The position numbers and the translations under genes are program-made. Shown here piece after piece: positions 1 to 9,942 of a stretch of 23,409 nucleotides of DNA. The stretch is from assembly GCA_964615185.1 (NCBI GenBank), contig CAZTOS010000024.1, forward strand, positions 1-23,409, written 5' to 3'. Within the stretch, counting starts at the first letter, position 1; every line of letters begins with the position of its first letter. The notes beneath the pieces are model-generated. The model worked only from the letters and a program-made list of their open reading frames with translations, searched no databases and was not told the DNA's origin. Source of the stretch: an uncultured Thermococci archaeon (lineage in GTDB: Archaea > Methanobacteriota_B > Thermococci > Thermococcales > Thermococcaceae).

Positions 1-567
<567 letters not shown>

Positions 568-640
568 TGCCCCTGAAAAAGGGGCTGGGCATTTGATAGG
601 CCAAATCCGCCTATGCACGGTCCTCAAGAATCATCTTTTC
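568..640 (+). other. rRNA operon 3' trailer: hairpin plus probable 3' strand of the 23S processing stem, then a T-rich end
   Basis: GCCCCT-gaaaa-AGGGGC hairpin at 569-585. GC content stays high to about 630, followed by TCTTTTC at about 635-640. The partner strand of the stem is outside the window, so the bulge-helix-bulge motif cannot be verified. Confidence 0.55.
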
Positions 641-729
641 TACAAGAGATTCCAAGATTTTGAAACTGGAAACTGTGCTAAAGTAAGATAGTTTTATAGG
701 TTACTTCCATAATTTGTTAGGGTGGTTAA

Positions 730-1203
730 ATGAAGCTGTTGATTTTAGATTTGGATGGCACTTTATGGGATCATGAGGATGCTTCTCAGCTTGTACCACC
801 TTTTGAAGTTCATGACGATACTGTGATTGATACCTATGGTAATGAGCTTTCACTGTTCCCAGGCGTTAGAGAATTCTTAAACTGGGCAAAGGATAAGTTC
901 ATCCTAAGTATAGCAAGCTGGAATATGGAAGAACTTGTTAGACCAATTCTTGAAGCTCTTGGGCTCTGGAATTACTTCCTCTTCCCTAAAATTGAGAATC
1001 ACCCAGACAAGGCAAGCATGATTTCAAGAACAGTTGAACAACTCAGGAATATAGGGTATGAAATTGATGAGATAATTTATATTGACGACAGAACGCTTCA
1101 TATTAAAGACATAAAAATGGAAATCCCAAATGTAAAGTTCATTCAAATGTGGGTTGATGTAAAAAGTTTTGAAGATTTGAGAAAAGTCTTGGAGGGTCTA
1201 TAA
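730..1203 (+). CDS. Magnesium-dependent phosphatase-1 (MDP-1)-like HAD-IIIC phosphatase
   Basis: Motif I LDLDGTLW, motif II IASWN, HPDK lysine and motif IV YIDDR; short capless HAD; GGTGG SD upstream. Confidence 0.9.
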   Translation: MKLLILDLDGTLWDHEDASQLVPPFEVHDDTVIDTYGNELSLFPGVREFLNWAKDKFILSIASWNMEELVRPILEALGLWNYFLFPKIENHPDKASMISRTVEQLRNIGYEIDEIIYIDDRTLHIKDIKMEIPNVKFIQMWVDVKSFEDLRKVLEGL

Positions 1204-1769
1204 TGGAACTTCTGGTTGTTAAAGACAAAAGAATTGATTACGATGGCTCCGCAATAAGAAGCCATTGGGCTTATAGAAATTTTGGGATTCTTGGAAACTC
1301 CATAGTTGTTTTCAGGGGCAAGTGTGATGTGAAAGTCGAAGAGATGATTGACATTGAAGACGTGAGAGCCCAAAAGGAAATCAAAAGCGATGATATGGTT
1401 CACTACGTAATCGAGGTTTTTGACTTTCCCAACGTCCTACTTGCATCAGCATTGCAAAAGCTGTTTATAGCAAAGATCTGCGAGCTTCTGTCTGAATACG
1501 GTGTGAAAACCAGACGAAAAGGAGACGACATATATATTAAAGACAGAAAGCTCAGTATCTCAATAGCAACTGTCTCTCCAGTCAGCATTAAAATCCACAT
1601 AGGCATAAACGTTGAAGCCAAAGGAATACCCAAAGATGTCAACGCTATTGGCCTAAGGGAAATCGGAATTGACGACATCGAAGCATTTATGGAAAAGACC
1701 GGGAAGGCTTTACAGGAAGAGTTCAACAAGGTGAAAAAAGACAGCTTAAAGGTTAGATGGGCTGAGTAA
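1203..1769 (+). CDS. DUF366 family protein (LplA/BirA-like fold, function unknown)
   Basis: YDGSAI-x-SHWAY, D-x-EDV, RRKGDDIY-x4-KLSISIAT and KIHIGINV motifs typical of DUF366. Start overlaps the upstream stop (TAATG). Confidence 0.85.
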   Translation: MELLVVKDKRIDYDGSAIRSHWAYRNFGILGNSIVVFRGKCDVKVEEMIDIEDVRAQKEIKSDDMVHYVIEVFDFPNVLLASALQKLFIAKICELLSEYGVKTRRKGDDIYIKDRKLSISIATVSPVSIKIHIGINVEAKGIPKDVNAIGLREIGIDDIEAFMEKTGKALQEEFNKVKKDSLKVRWAE

Positions 1770-2369
1770 TTACAAGATCCCCTTTATTAAAACTCCAACA
1801 AGAGGAACTGCTAAGTTATCATCAAGAAACCCTTGATACTCCGCCAATGTGAGTATCCCAGCCCAAATAACCTTTGATACAATCGAAGATTGTGGAAAAA
1901 TAATTGCCACTATTATGAGCGCGGAAATTAAGTAGCCTACGCTACCAATCCAATGCTTTCTGAGCCTAACATTGAATCCCTTTGCCCTAAAGTAGAAAAA
2001 CCTCAGTATTCCAGTGACACCATCACTTATTGCCATCACAAGAAGGATTACAATGGCATATTCTTTCTCAATGAACCAAACAACAGCTGCCGCTGAAAAT
2101 GCAAAGAAAACATCTCCATAGTTATTTCTTATTTGATACCAAGAAAGCTCATCCCTTCTTATATGGGTGAGCAACTGAAAAGCTCCAAATAACAATGCAG
2201 ATACTGCAAAAATTTCTCGAGCAATTAGCCCAGCATTATAAAACAATATAGCTGGAACAATGCTAAAATGAATTATCTTCCTGTTTATCCATGCATATTC
2301 TTCCCCAAGATACCTCGTTATCCATATTGCGAAGAGGATAAACGCCGCGGCAATCCCAGCATAGAGCAT
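1770..2369 (-). CDS. Integral membrane protein, dolichol/phytol kinase-like (CTP-transferase family)
   Basis: About 6-7 hydrophobic segments; RKIIH, AISDG-x-G, K-x-WIGS and DDNLAVP motifs resemble VTE5/Sec59-type polyprenol kinases. Confidence 0.65.
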   Translation of the reverse strand: MLYAGIAAAFILFAIWITRYLGEEYAWINRKIIHFSIVPAILFYNAGLIAREIFAVSALLFGAFQLLTHIRRDELSWYQIRNNYGDVFFAFSAAAVVWFIEKEYAIVILLVMAISDGVTGILRFFYFRAKGFNVRLRKHWIGSVGYLISALIIVAIIFPQSSIVSKVIWAGILTLAEYQGFLDDNLAVPLVGVLIKGIL

Positions 2370-2437
2370 GATTCCACCAAATGAAAAATTTAATAAGATA
2401 TTAATATACTTTTCGTCTGACGCCTAACATTAGGTAG

Positions 2438-3337
2438 CTAAAAGCCGAAAGCATTCTTGATATTTAAAAGAGCCCAATAGAAGTCATTGGAATGAACTAT
2501 AACAAAGTGCTCTTTTTCCTTACTGAGCTCTCCTCTTGACTTTCCTTCCAGCTCTCCATAAAGCCCGACAATCTTAATTTTTGGATATGTTGTTGAAAGC
2601 TTAAGCGTTATTCTTTCTGCCTTTCCTTCTCTCCATACTATGCCAACTTTTAAGCCAGCTTTTGTTTCCTTTCTCTTTTTCAAGCCCAACTTAAGATATG
2701 GTAAAACTTCCTTGTTTACTCTATTTTGCTCTGCCTTTTCGTTTAGGTACTCTTTAACCAGCTCAAATGACTCTAAGCTCAGATTGTAGCCAAAAACTGG
2801 GATGCCAAGATTTTTGGCTTTCCTTCCTTTATAGGAATAAACCTCAATCTCTTTCCCATTGCTTTTTGATGCAAAATACATGCCTTTTGGTCTTCCATTA
2901 GCAAATTGTTCGAGTTTTTCAATTATATCTCCAAAAGTATCAATAGGCAACGAAAAGCTGGCCCAAGTACTCCAGATTCTTGGAGGTACCCTCACAAAGC
3001 CTAAATCCTCAAGATGATATTGCTCAACTTCAAATCCCAATTTCAAGAACCCTTTCTCATTTATTAGCAGTTTCAATAATGCTCTTTCTGGACTAATTTC
3101 AACAAAATTACCGTTCTCTTTAATTTTCTTGCCCTTTAACAGCTTATCTTTTCTGAGTTTTCTACCTGTTTTAAATGCTGTTACAACCGGTATTGGAGTT
3201 GCAAAGCCCTTTTCTTTGTCATAGGGCACTTTAAATCCTGCTTTTAGAAGTTCTTCCTGGATTTCCAAAGATGCCGGAAAGAACACTTGAAAACTTTCAA
3301 GCTCATAGCTTCCCAGCTCTTTCCAAACCATTTTCAT
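2438..3337 (-). CDS. Hypothetical soluble, Lys-rich protein (start 3343, 3337 or 3331)
   Basis: About 300-codon ORF with native codon usage and a GGTG SD-like site; divergent from lysS. No family motif recognised. Confidence 0.8.
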   Translation of the reverse strand: MKMVWKELGSYELESFQVFFPASLEIQEELLKAGFKVPYDKEKGFATPIPVVTAFKTGRKLRKDKLLKGKKIKENGNFVEISPERALLKLLINEKGFLKLGFEVEQYHLEDLGFVRVPPRIWSTWASFSLPIDTFGDIIEKLEQFANGRPKGMYFASKSNGKEIEVYSYKGRKAKNLGIPVFGYNLSLESFELVKEYLNEKAEQNRVNKEVLPYLKLGLKKRKETKAGLKVGIVWREGKAERITLKLSTTYPKIKIVGLYGELEGKSRGELSKEKEHFVIVHSNDFYWALLNIKNAFGF

Positions 3338-3459
3338 CAACACCTTTGGTCTTATTTTTACTTTTTTTATTAGTCATGCACCTGCAACTTTATAAAGTTT
3401 TCGGAGAAAGAGCCAAAGCTTAAAAAACTATCTCTCATATTTACCAGCAGGTGGTGAGA

Positions 3460-5040
3460 ATGGTTCATTGGGCAGATTATATGGCTGAAAAGATAATACG
3501 AGAGAGAGGTTACAAAGAGGAATATGTTGTTGAAAGCGGCATAACCCCAAGTGGATATGTCCATATCGGCAATTTTAGGGAGCTTTTTACCGCTTACATT
3601 GTCGGTCATGCATTAAAAGATAAAGGGAAAAAGGTTAGGCACATTCACATGTGGGATGATTACGATAGATTCAGAAAAGTTCCAAAGAATGTTCCAAGCG
3701 AATGGAAAGAATACTTGACAATGCCGGTCAGTGAAGTCCCCGATCCTTGGGGATGTCACAACAGCTATGCAGAGCATTTCATGGAGCTCTTTGAAAGTGA
3801 AGTTGAAAAACTCGGCATAGAAGTTGATTTCCTGAGGGCGAGCAAGCTTTACAAGAGTGGAGAATATGCCAATGATATAAGAAAGGCTCTTGAGAATAGA
3901 GACAAGATAGTTGCAATTCTTAACAAATTCCGCGACATGGCAAAACAGCCTCATTTAGAAGAGAGATGGCAACCTGTTCAAATTTACTGTCCAAAGTGTA
4001 GAAAAGAGGCAGATTTTATCCAATGGGACGGTGAATGGAAGGTAAAATACAAATGCCCACGTTGTGGAAGTGAAGGAGAGACAGACATAAGGAAAGGAAA
4101 TGTAAAGCTGAGGTGGCGTGTGGATTGGCCCATGAGATGGGCACACTTTGGAGTTGACTTTGAACCTGCAGGAAAAGATCACCTGGCAGCTGGTTCGAGC
4201 TTTGATACTGGAAGGGAAATTATCAAAGCAGTTTATGGCAAAGAGCCTCCACTGACACTCATGTACGAGTTTGTTGGAATAAAAGGACAAAAAGGTAAAA
4301 TGAGCGGTTCAAAGGGCAACGTTATCTTACTTAGTGATCTCTATGAAGTTCTTGAGCCTGGAGTGATAAGATTCCTCTATGCCAGACACAGGCCAAATAA
4401 GGAAATTAAAATTGACCTCGGCTTAGGTTTGTTGAACCTCTACGATGAATTCGACAAAGTCGAGCGCATATACTTTGGTCTCGAAAAGGCAAAAAATGAG
4501 GAAGAAGAAATTGAGCTCAAAAGAACATATAAACTCTCAATGCCAAAGATTCCAGAACAGTTAGTCGCCCAGGCACCATTTAGATTCCTTGTCGTCCTTG
4601 TGCAGATGCCTCATTTGGATGAGGATAAAATTATTGAAATCCTTAAAAAGCAAGGCCATGTTCCACAAAATCTTACGGAAGAAGATACTGAAAGAATTAA
4701 ACTTAGGATTACGCTTGCAAAGAATTGGGTAAGCAAATACGCTCCAGACGCAGTGAAATTCTCAATCCTTCAAGAGCCTCCAAAAATCGAGGTAAGTGAG
4801 GAAATTAAAGAAGCTCTCAAGGAAGTTGCCGGATGGTTGGAGAAGAGAGAAGAGTTCAGCGTTGATGCGCTTAACAATATAATTTTTGATGCAGCTAAAA
4901 AGAGGAACATTCCAAGCAAACAGTGGTTCAAAGTTCTCTATCAGCTGTTCATCGGCAAAGACAGAGGACCGAGATTGGCAAGCTTCTTGGCTTCTCTTGA
5001 CAGGGAATTCGTAATCAGAAGGCTTAAGCTTGAAGCTTAA
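3460..5040 (+). CDS. lysS: Class I lysyl-tRNA synthetase
   Basis: HWAD N-terminus, SGITPSG-x-VHIGN (HIGH motif), two CPxC zinc knuckles, [17 protein letters not shown] (KMSKS motif) and GPRLASF. GGTGGTGA SD precedes ATG 3460. Confidence 0.98.
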   Translation: MVHWADYMAEKIIRERGYKEEYVVESGITPSGYVHIGNFRELFTAYIVGHALKDKGKKVRHIHMWDDYDRFRKVPKNVPSEWKEYLTMPVSEVPDPWGCHNSYAEHFMELFESEVEKLGIEVDFLRASKLYKSGEYANDIRKALENRDKIVAILNKFRDMAKQPHLEERWQPVQIYCPKCRKEADFIQWDGEWKVKYKCPRCGSEGETDIRKGNVKLRWRVDWPMRWAHFGVDFEPAGKDHLAAGSSFDTGREIIKAVYGKEPPLTLMYEFVGIKGQKGKMSGSKGNVILLSDLYEVLEPGVIRFLYARHRPNKEIKIDLGLGLLNLYDEFDKVERIYFGLEKAKNEEEEIELKRTYKLSMPKIPEQLVAQAPFRFLVVLVQMPHLDEDKIIEILKKQGHVPQNLTEEDTERIKLRITLAKNWVSKYAPDAVKFSILQEPPKIEVSEEIKEALKEVAGWLEKREEFSVDALNNIIFDAAKKRNIPSKQWFKVLYQLFIGKDRGPRLASFLASLDREFVIRRLKLEA

Positions 5041-5160
5041 TTTTCTGTTTTCGATTATATTTTGCTCAAAGAGAAGGAAAATCTCAAAATTTTCAGAAAA
5101 TCCCACATTTAACCCTGCAGTAGCTTTTTTAACAGTACATTCTAAATTTTTATGGTGATA

Positions 5161-5745
5161 ATGATGGAGTTTAATCTCATAATAGCTGGAGTTGGCGGTC
5201 AGGGAGGGTTAACTCTTTCAAGGATAATCGGAAGTGCTGCAATGCATGAAGGTTACAAGGTCAGAATAGGGGAAACACTTGGCATGAGCCAGCGATATGG
5301 TAGTGTTCTCTCATATCTGCGCTTTGGTGAAGACGTTTATTCTCCACTCATTGAAGAAGGTGAGGCTGATTTAATGCTCGCTTTAGAACCAGCAGAAGCC
5401 CTAAGAAATGCACGTTTCTTAAGCAAAAAGAGCTATGCAATTGTAAACGCCTACCCAATACACACAGCAACAACACTGGTAGGAAAAGAAAGGTACCCGG
5501 ATTTAGATGAAATAAAAGAAGCGCTCCTAAAGATTTGTCCTACTGACATGCTCAACTTCCAGGAGGTGGCAGATAAAATAAATCCAAGAACTATGGGTGT
5601 TGTAATGCTTGGCTATGCCTATGGAAAGGGTCTCATTCCGCTTAAGAAGGACAGTTTGAAAGAGGGAATAAAGGAGACACTCAAAGAAAAACTCTGGGAA
5701 ATCAACTTTAGGGCTCTTGAAGAGGGTATAAAATTAGTTCGTTAA
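5161..5745 (+). CDS. iorB: Indolepyruvate:ferredoxin oxidoreductase beta subunit (start 5161 or 5164)
   Basis: AGVGGQG, GETLGMSQRYGSV, ALEPAEALR and N-x-RA-x-EEG motifs; GGTGA SD. Confidence 0.9.
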   Translation: MMEFNLIIAGVGGQGGLTLSRIIGSAAMHEGYKVRIGETLGMSQRYGSVLSYLRFGEDVYSPLIEEGEADLMLALEPAEALRNARFLSKKSYAIVNAYPIHTATTLVGKERYPDLDEIKEALLKICPTDMLNFQEVADKINPRTMGVVMLGYAYGKGLIPLKKDSLKEGIKETLKEKLWEINFRALEEGIKLVR

Positions 5746-5877
5746 CTTTGCTTTTCTCATAATCTTTATATATTCTGTCCAATCTATATAGACATTGACT
5801 GCTGATAATCCTGATATTGAGGAGAATTGTGAAAATATTTACAAAACGATTGTAAGATAGTTCTCAAGGTGGTGAAA

Positions 5878-6792
5878 ATGGAGTTTAGAAAAATTCAATT
5901 TACTGGTAGGAGCTCCTACATAATTTCTCTTCCAAAAAAATGGATTAAGGAAAACAACTTAAAACAAGGAGATGTTGTGCCGCTGATTATTAACCCCGAT
6001 GGCTCAATAACGATATTCCCCAAAGAACCTAAGGAAATTAGCGAAAAGAAGGAACTAATAATCTCGGAGGAATACTCATCGGATATGGCTGTCAGACTAA
6101 TTATTTCAGCATACATTCAAGGCTATGATGTTCTTGAAGTCAAATTTACAAAGGAACTGCCTCACTACAAAGTCAAAATTAGAAAGGTGATTCAAAGCCT
6201 TCCAGGAGTGGAAATAATACTTGATGAACCTACAAGAATAGTTAGTAAAAGCTTGCTTGCCGATGAAGAAATAAACCTCAGGGAGATACTGGAGAGGATA
6301 AACTCAATAATAGTCTCCATGCTTGAGGATTTATACTTCATGAAAAAATCCCAGACAAAAGAATTAATCAGAGACATCAACGACCTTGAAAACGAGCTTG
6401 ATAGATTTTATTTCCTCACAATTAGGGCTGTCAATAAGATACTTTCCAAAAGGAGTTTAATTGAAGAAAGTGGAATTGTCAAGAGGAGTTTTGACTTAAT
6501 TGGAATCCTATTCATAGTCCGCAACATTGAAAGAATTGGAGATCACATCATCAGGATTGCTGAAAACTTTGATGATGACATTGATGTCGAGTACATAAAA
6601 GAGATGTACACTGAGATGCTCAGTCAAATAACCAAGAGGGATTTGAAGAAAATAGACTCCCTCATGCTTGCTCTAAAGGAAAAAATCGGACAGATTGACT
6701 ACAAAAAGTCCATTGCAATGGACAGCTATCGCAGAATTCTCGAATACTTGGAGAATATAGGGGAGACTATAATCAACATGGCACTAAGCTAA
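5878..6792 (+). CDS. Phosphate-uptake regulator-like protein (N-terminal AbrB/SpoVT domain plus PhoU repeats)
   Basis: RKIQFTG-x-SSYIISLPKKW (AbrB domain), SAYIQGYD, ENELDRFY, RNIERIGDH (PhoU); GGTGGTGA SD before ATG 5878. Confidence 0.88.
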   Translation: MEFRKIQFTGRSSYIISLPKKWIKENNLKQGDVVPLIINPDGSITIFPKEPKEISEKKELIISEEYSSDMAVRLIISAYIQGYDVLEVKFTKELPHYKVKIRKVIQSLPGVEIILDEPTRIVSKSLLADEEINLREILERINSIIVSMLEDLYFMKKSQTKELIRDINDLENELDRFYFLTIRAVNKILSKRSLIEESGIVKRSFDLIGILFIVRNIERIGDHIIRIAENFDDDIDVEYIKEMYTEMLSQITKRDLKKIDSLMLALKEKIGQIDYKKSIAMDSYRRILEYLENIGETIINMALS

Positions 6793-6854
6793 TCATCTTC
6801 CCGCTTCCACAACTTTTTTAACATTCTTAAATTCATTAAATAGCGGTGGTTTTG

Positions 6855-7775
6855 ATGGTTGCGATTATTGTTCATGGTGGAGCCGGCACTATCAAAAAGG
6901 AAGAAAAAATTCCAAAGGCCATTGAAGGAGTAAGAGAGGCAGCTTTAGCAGGGTGGAAAGAACTTAAGAGAGGTTCAGCATTAGATGCCGTTGAAGAAGC
7001 TATTAAAGCTCTGGAAGACAACCCGGTCTTTAACGCTGGGACGGGGAGTGTGCTGACTTTAGATGGCAAGGTCGAGATGGACGCCGCTATTATGAGAGGC
7101 AAGACCCTTGAAGCCGGAGCCGTTGCCAGCATATGGGGGGTTAAAAACCCAATAAGCGTCGCAAGGAAAGTTATGGAAAAGACTGATCATGTCCTCTTGG
7201 TAGGCGAAGGAGCTCTCAAATTTGCCCGTATAATGGGTTTTGAAGAATACGATCCTACAACTGAAGAGAGAATAGAGCAATGGAAAAAGCTTAGGGAAAA
7301 ACTCCTAAAAGAGGGCACAATTCCATACTGGAAGAAAATCAGCGAACTGATCAAAGAATATCCCGAAGTTCTGAGGAGCACAGTCGGAGCTGTTGCTTTT
7401 GATGGAGAAGAAATTGTTGCCGGGACTTCAACAGGAGGAGTTTTCTTAAAAATATTTGGTAGAGTTGGGGATACCCCAATAATCGGCGCTGGTACTTATG
7501 CCAATGAATTCGCTGGAGCATCTTGCACTGGACTTGGGGAAGTTGCAATAAAGCTGTCTCTGGCAAAAACAGCAGTTGATTTTGTCAGACTTGGGCTGAA
7601 TGCACAGAAGGCAAGTGAAGCTGCAATTGAGTTGGCAACCAAATACTTTGGAAAAGACACTATGGGAATAATCATGATTGACCGCGAAGGAAATGTGGGA
7701 TTCGCAAAAAACACAAAACATATGAGTGTTGCATATTTGAAAGACGGTATGGATGAACCCTTTGCAGGGATATAA
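6855..7775 (+). CDS. Plant-type L-asparaginase / isoaspartyl peptidase (Ntn hydrolase)
   Basis: IIVHGGAG, FNAGTGS, EMDAAIM, autocleavage site S|TVGAVA, TSTGG, GRVGDTPIIGAG and TGLGE. Confidence 0.95.
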   Translation: MVAIIVHGGAGTIKKEEKIPKAIEGVREAALAGWKELKRGSALDAVEEAIKALEDNPVFNAGTGSVLTLDGKVEMDAAIMRGKTLEAGAVASIWGVKNPISVARKVMEKTDHVLLVGEGALKFARIMGFEEYDPTTEERIEQWKKLREKLLKEGTIPYWKKISELIKEYPEVLRSTVGAVAFDGEEIVAGTSTGGVFLKIFGRVGDTPIIGAGTYANEFAGASCTGLGEVAIKLSLAKTAVDFVRLGLNAQKASEAAIELATKYFGKDTMGIIMIDREGNVGFAKNTKHMSVAYLKDGMDEPFAGI

Positions 7776-7777
7776 CC

Positions 7778-8980
7778 ATGCTAAAGGACTTTCCAAAAGA
7801 CATATGGTTGTTGCATTTTTCAACGTTTTTCTTCTTCCTTGGCATTGCATTAGTTTCTCCTCTAATTTCTCCTTTGGCAATCCTCTTAGGTGCAACTCCA
7901 ATTATTGTAGGCTCAATAACATCAGTTTCCTCGATAGTATCATTTTTCATGAAACCTTTTGGAGGTTTTCTTGGAGACCGGGGTTGGAAGTTTCATGTTA
8001 TGACGCTAGGTAGCATTTTAGGCGCTGTTGCTGGAGTCTTGTATGTACTGTCTGTCTCATTTGAAAATTTAACACTGTTTGCAGTTGGAAGAGGTATTCA
8101 CGGTTTTGCTATGGCTTTATTTTTCCCCTCCTCACTTGCAACAGCAATCGAATTAGCTCCCAAAGGTCGTGTTGGAGAAACCCTTGGTTGGCGTGGGATG
8201 ATGTTTTCTTTCAGCAATTTAATTGGACCAGCAGTCGGAGGTATAGTTGCAGATTATTTCGGCTTTCAATGGGCATTTGCTTTTACAGTCCTCCTTTCCT
8301 TGATTGCTGTCTTTTTTGTCTTGATAGTAGCCAGAATTGCTAAACATAACGATAGCAAAGTGTACAGAGACAGAAAACAAAAACTTTCATACAGACTCAT
8401 TTTAAATACCTTCTTTATCGTATCTTGTTTCTCCTTATTCTTCATGTCCCTAACATACAGTGGAACATTTACATTTCTCCCCGCATTTTATAAAGTGATA
8501 GGACTTGGAACCAGTGCTTTTGGAATATATGCAAGTATTATGGGTGGTTTTAGCCTTCTCACAAGAGTTTTCGGAGGAAGAGAAGCTGATAGGAGAGGTC
8601 CAACTCCCGTTGCAACTTTTGGATTTTCACTGCTCTTATTGGCCTATATCTTGTTAGCATTAAATCCAACTCCACCCAAAGCATATCTAAGCGCAATTCC
8701 TCTCGGAATGGGCTTTGGTTTTGCCGTTCCTTCCCTCCAAATGATGGCATTAGCTAAATTACCTCAGAAGATTAGGACATTTGGATCAAGCATCTACACA
8801 ATGTTCTTTGACCTCGGATATTTAGCCGGTCCCCTTGTTTTCGGATACATCTCTCAAATCAAACACAGCTATGAAGTCGTGTTTCCTATTTTTCCAGTAG
8901 TTACGTTGATACCTCTAATACTTCTGCAACTCCTAAGATTTTTAAAGGGAGAAATCAATCTAAGAGTAAGAAAGGTGTAA
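7778..8980 (+). CDS. MFS transporter (12 TM)
   Basis: Motif A in both halves (GFLGDRG; GREADRRG), GRGIHG, GPAVGG; 12 hydrophobic segments. Confidence 0.92.
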   Translation: MLKDFPKDIWLLHFSTFFFFLGIALVSPLISPLAILLGATPIIVGSITSVSSIVSFFMKPFGGFLGDRGWKFHVMTLGSILGAVAGVLYVLSVSFENLTLFAVGRGIHGFAMALFFPSSLATAIELAPKGRVGETLGWRGMMFSFSNLIGPAVGGIVADYFGFQWAFAFTVLLSLIAVFFVLIVARIAKHNDSKVYRDRKQKLSYRLILNTFFIVSCFSLFFMSLTYSGTFTFLPAFYKVIGLGTSAFGIYASIMGGFSLLTRVFGGREADRRGPTPVATFGFSLLLLAYILLALNPTPPKAYLSAIPLGMGFGFAVPSLQMMALAKLPQKIRTFGSSIYTMFFDLGYLAGPLVFGYISQIKHSYEVVFPIFPVVTLIPLILLQLLRFLKGEINLRVRKV

Positions 8981-8985
8981 GGAAA

Positions 8986-9942
8986 ATGCTGATAAGGGTT
9001 TCATATGGAACAGCTGTTGCAATGGGACTCCTAAAAGCAAAGATGCTTGCAAAACCAACAACAGCATACTTAATGACCTATCATAATGGAAGATGCATAA
9101 ATAACTGTGCTTTTTGTCCGCAAGCAAGGGAAAGTAAAGCGGATTTAAAAAAACTTTCTCGTATAACTTGGCCCGTTTTTGATCTCAGAACCGTCTTAAA
9201 AAAGCTTAAAGAGGGGGGATTCACAAGAATATGTCTTCAAACCATTGATTATGATGGACTGGAAGAAGATGTATTAGTGCTTCTTGGAGCTTTTTACAAT
9301 CTAAATTTGCCAATCTCTGTTTCTATAACCCCAGTTGATAAAAGGTATCTTAGGAAGTTCAAAGAGCTTGGAGTTGACTACATTGGAGTTGGACTGGATG
9401 CCGCAAGTAAGAGAATTTACACGGAAATCAAAGAGTCCCTATATTCTTGGGAAGAGATGTGGAAGTTTGCGGAGGAAATCATAAACATTTTTGGCGAGAA
9501 AAAAGCCTTCATTCATCTTATAATCGGATTGGGTGAAACTGACAGAGAGGCTTTTGAAACGATCCAGAGAGCATACGATCTCGGAGCAGAAGTATCACTT
9601 TTTGCTTTTACACCAATTAAGGGAACAAGGCTTGAGAATTCCAAACCTCCCAGCTTAAATAGATACAGAAAGATACAAATCGGGCATTATCTGATCAAGA
9701 ATTGCATAAAACAATTTGAGGAATTTGAATTCGATGAAGATGGCAATTTGTTAAACTTTGGGATAGACAAAAAGGATCTTGCAAACATTATTAAAGAGGA
9801 GACATTCATGACATATGGCTGTCCAGGATGCAATAGACCATACTACAATGAGAAGCCAAGTAAAGAACCCTACAATTATCCCATTAAGCCAGAAAAAGAG
9901 TATTTAACTGGTATCATTGAAAAACTGTTTAATGAGGTGTGA
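8986..9942 (+). CDS. lipS2: Radical SAM protein, LipS2 subunit of the archaeal two-component lipoyl synthase (TK2248-like)
   Basis: CINNCAFC radical SAM motif, LSRITWP, and C-terminal TYGCPGCNRP matching the recalled LipS2 TxGCPxC(N/D)RP motif. Gene order after asparaginase and MFS matches my recollection of T. kodakarensis. Confidence 0.82.
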   Translation: MLIRVSYGTAVAMGLLKAKMLAKPTTAYLMTYHNGRCINNCAFCPQARESKADLKKLSRITWPVFDLRTVLKKLKEGGFTRICLQTIDYDGLEEDVLVLLGAFYNLNLPISVSITPVDKRYLRKFKELGVDYIGVGLDAASKRIYTEIKESLYSWEEMWKFAEEIINIFGEKKAFIHLIIGLGETDREAFETIQRAYDLGAEVSLFAFTPIKGTRLENSKPPSLNRYRKIQIGHYLIKNCIKQFEEFEFDEDGNLLNFGIDKKDLANIIKEETFMTYGCPGCNRPYYNEKPSKEPYNYPIKPEKEYLTGIIEKLFNEV

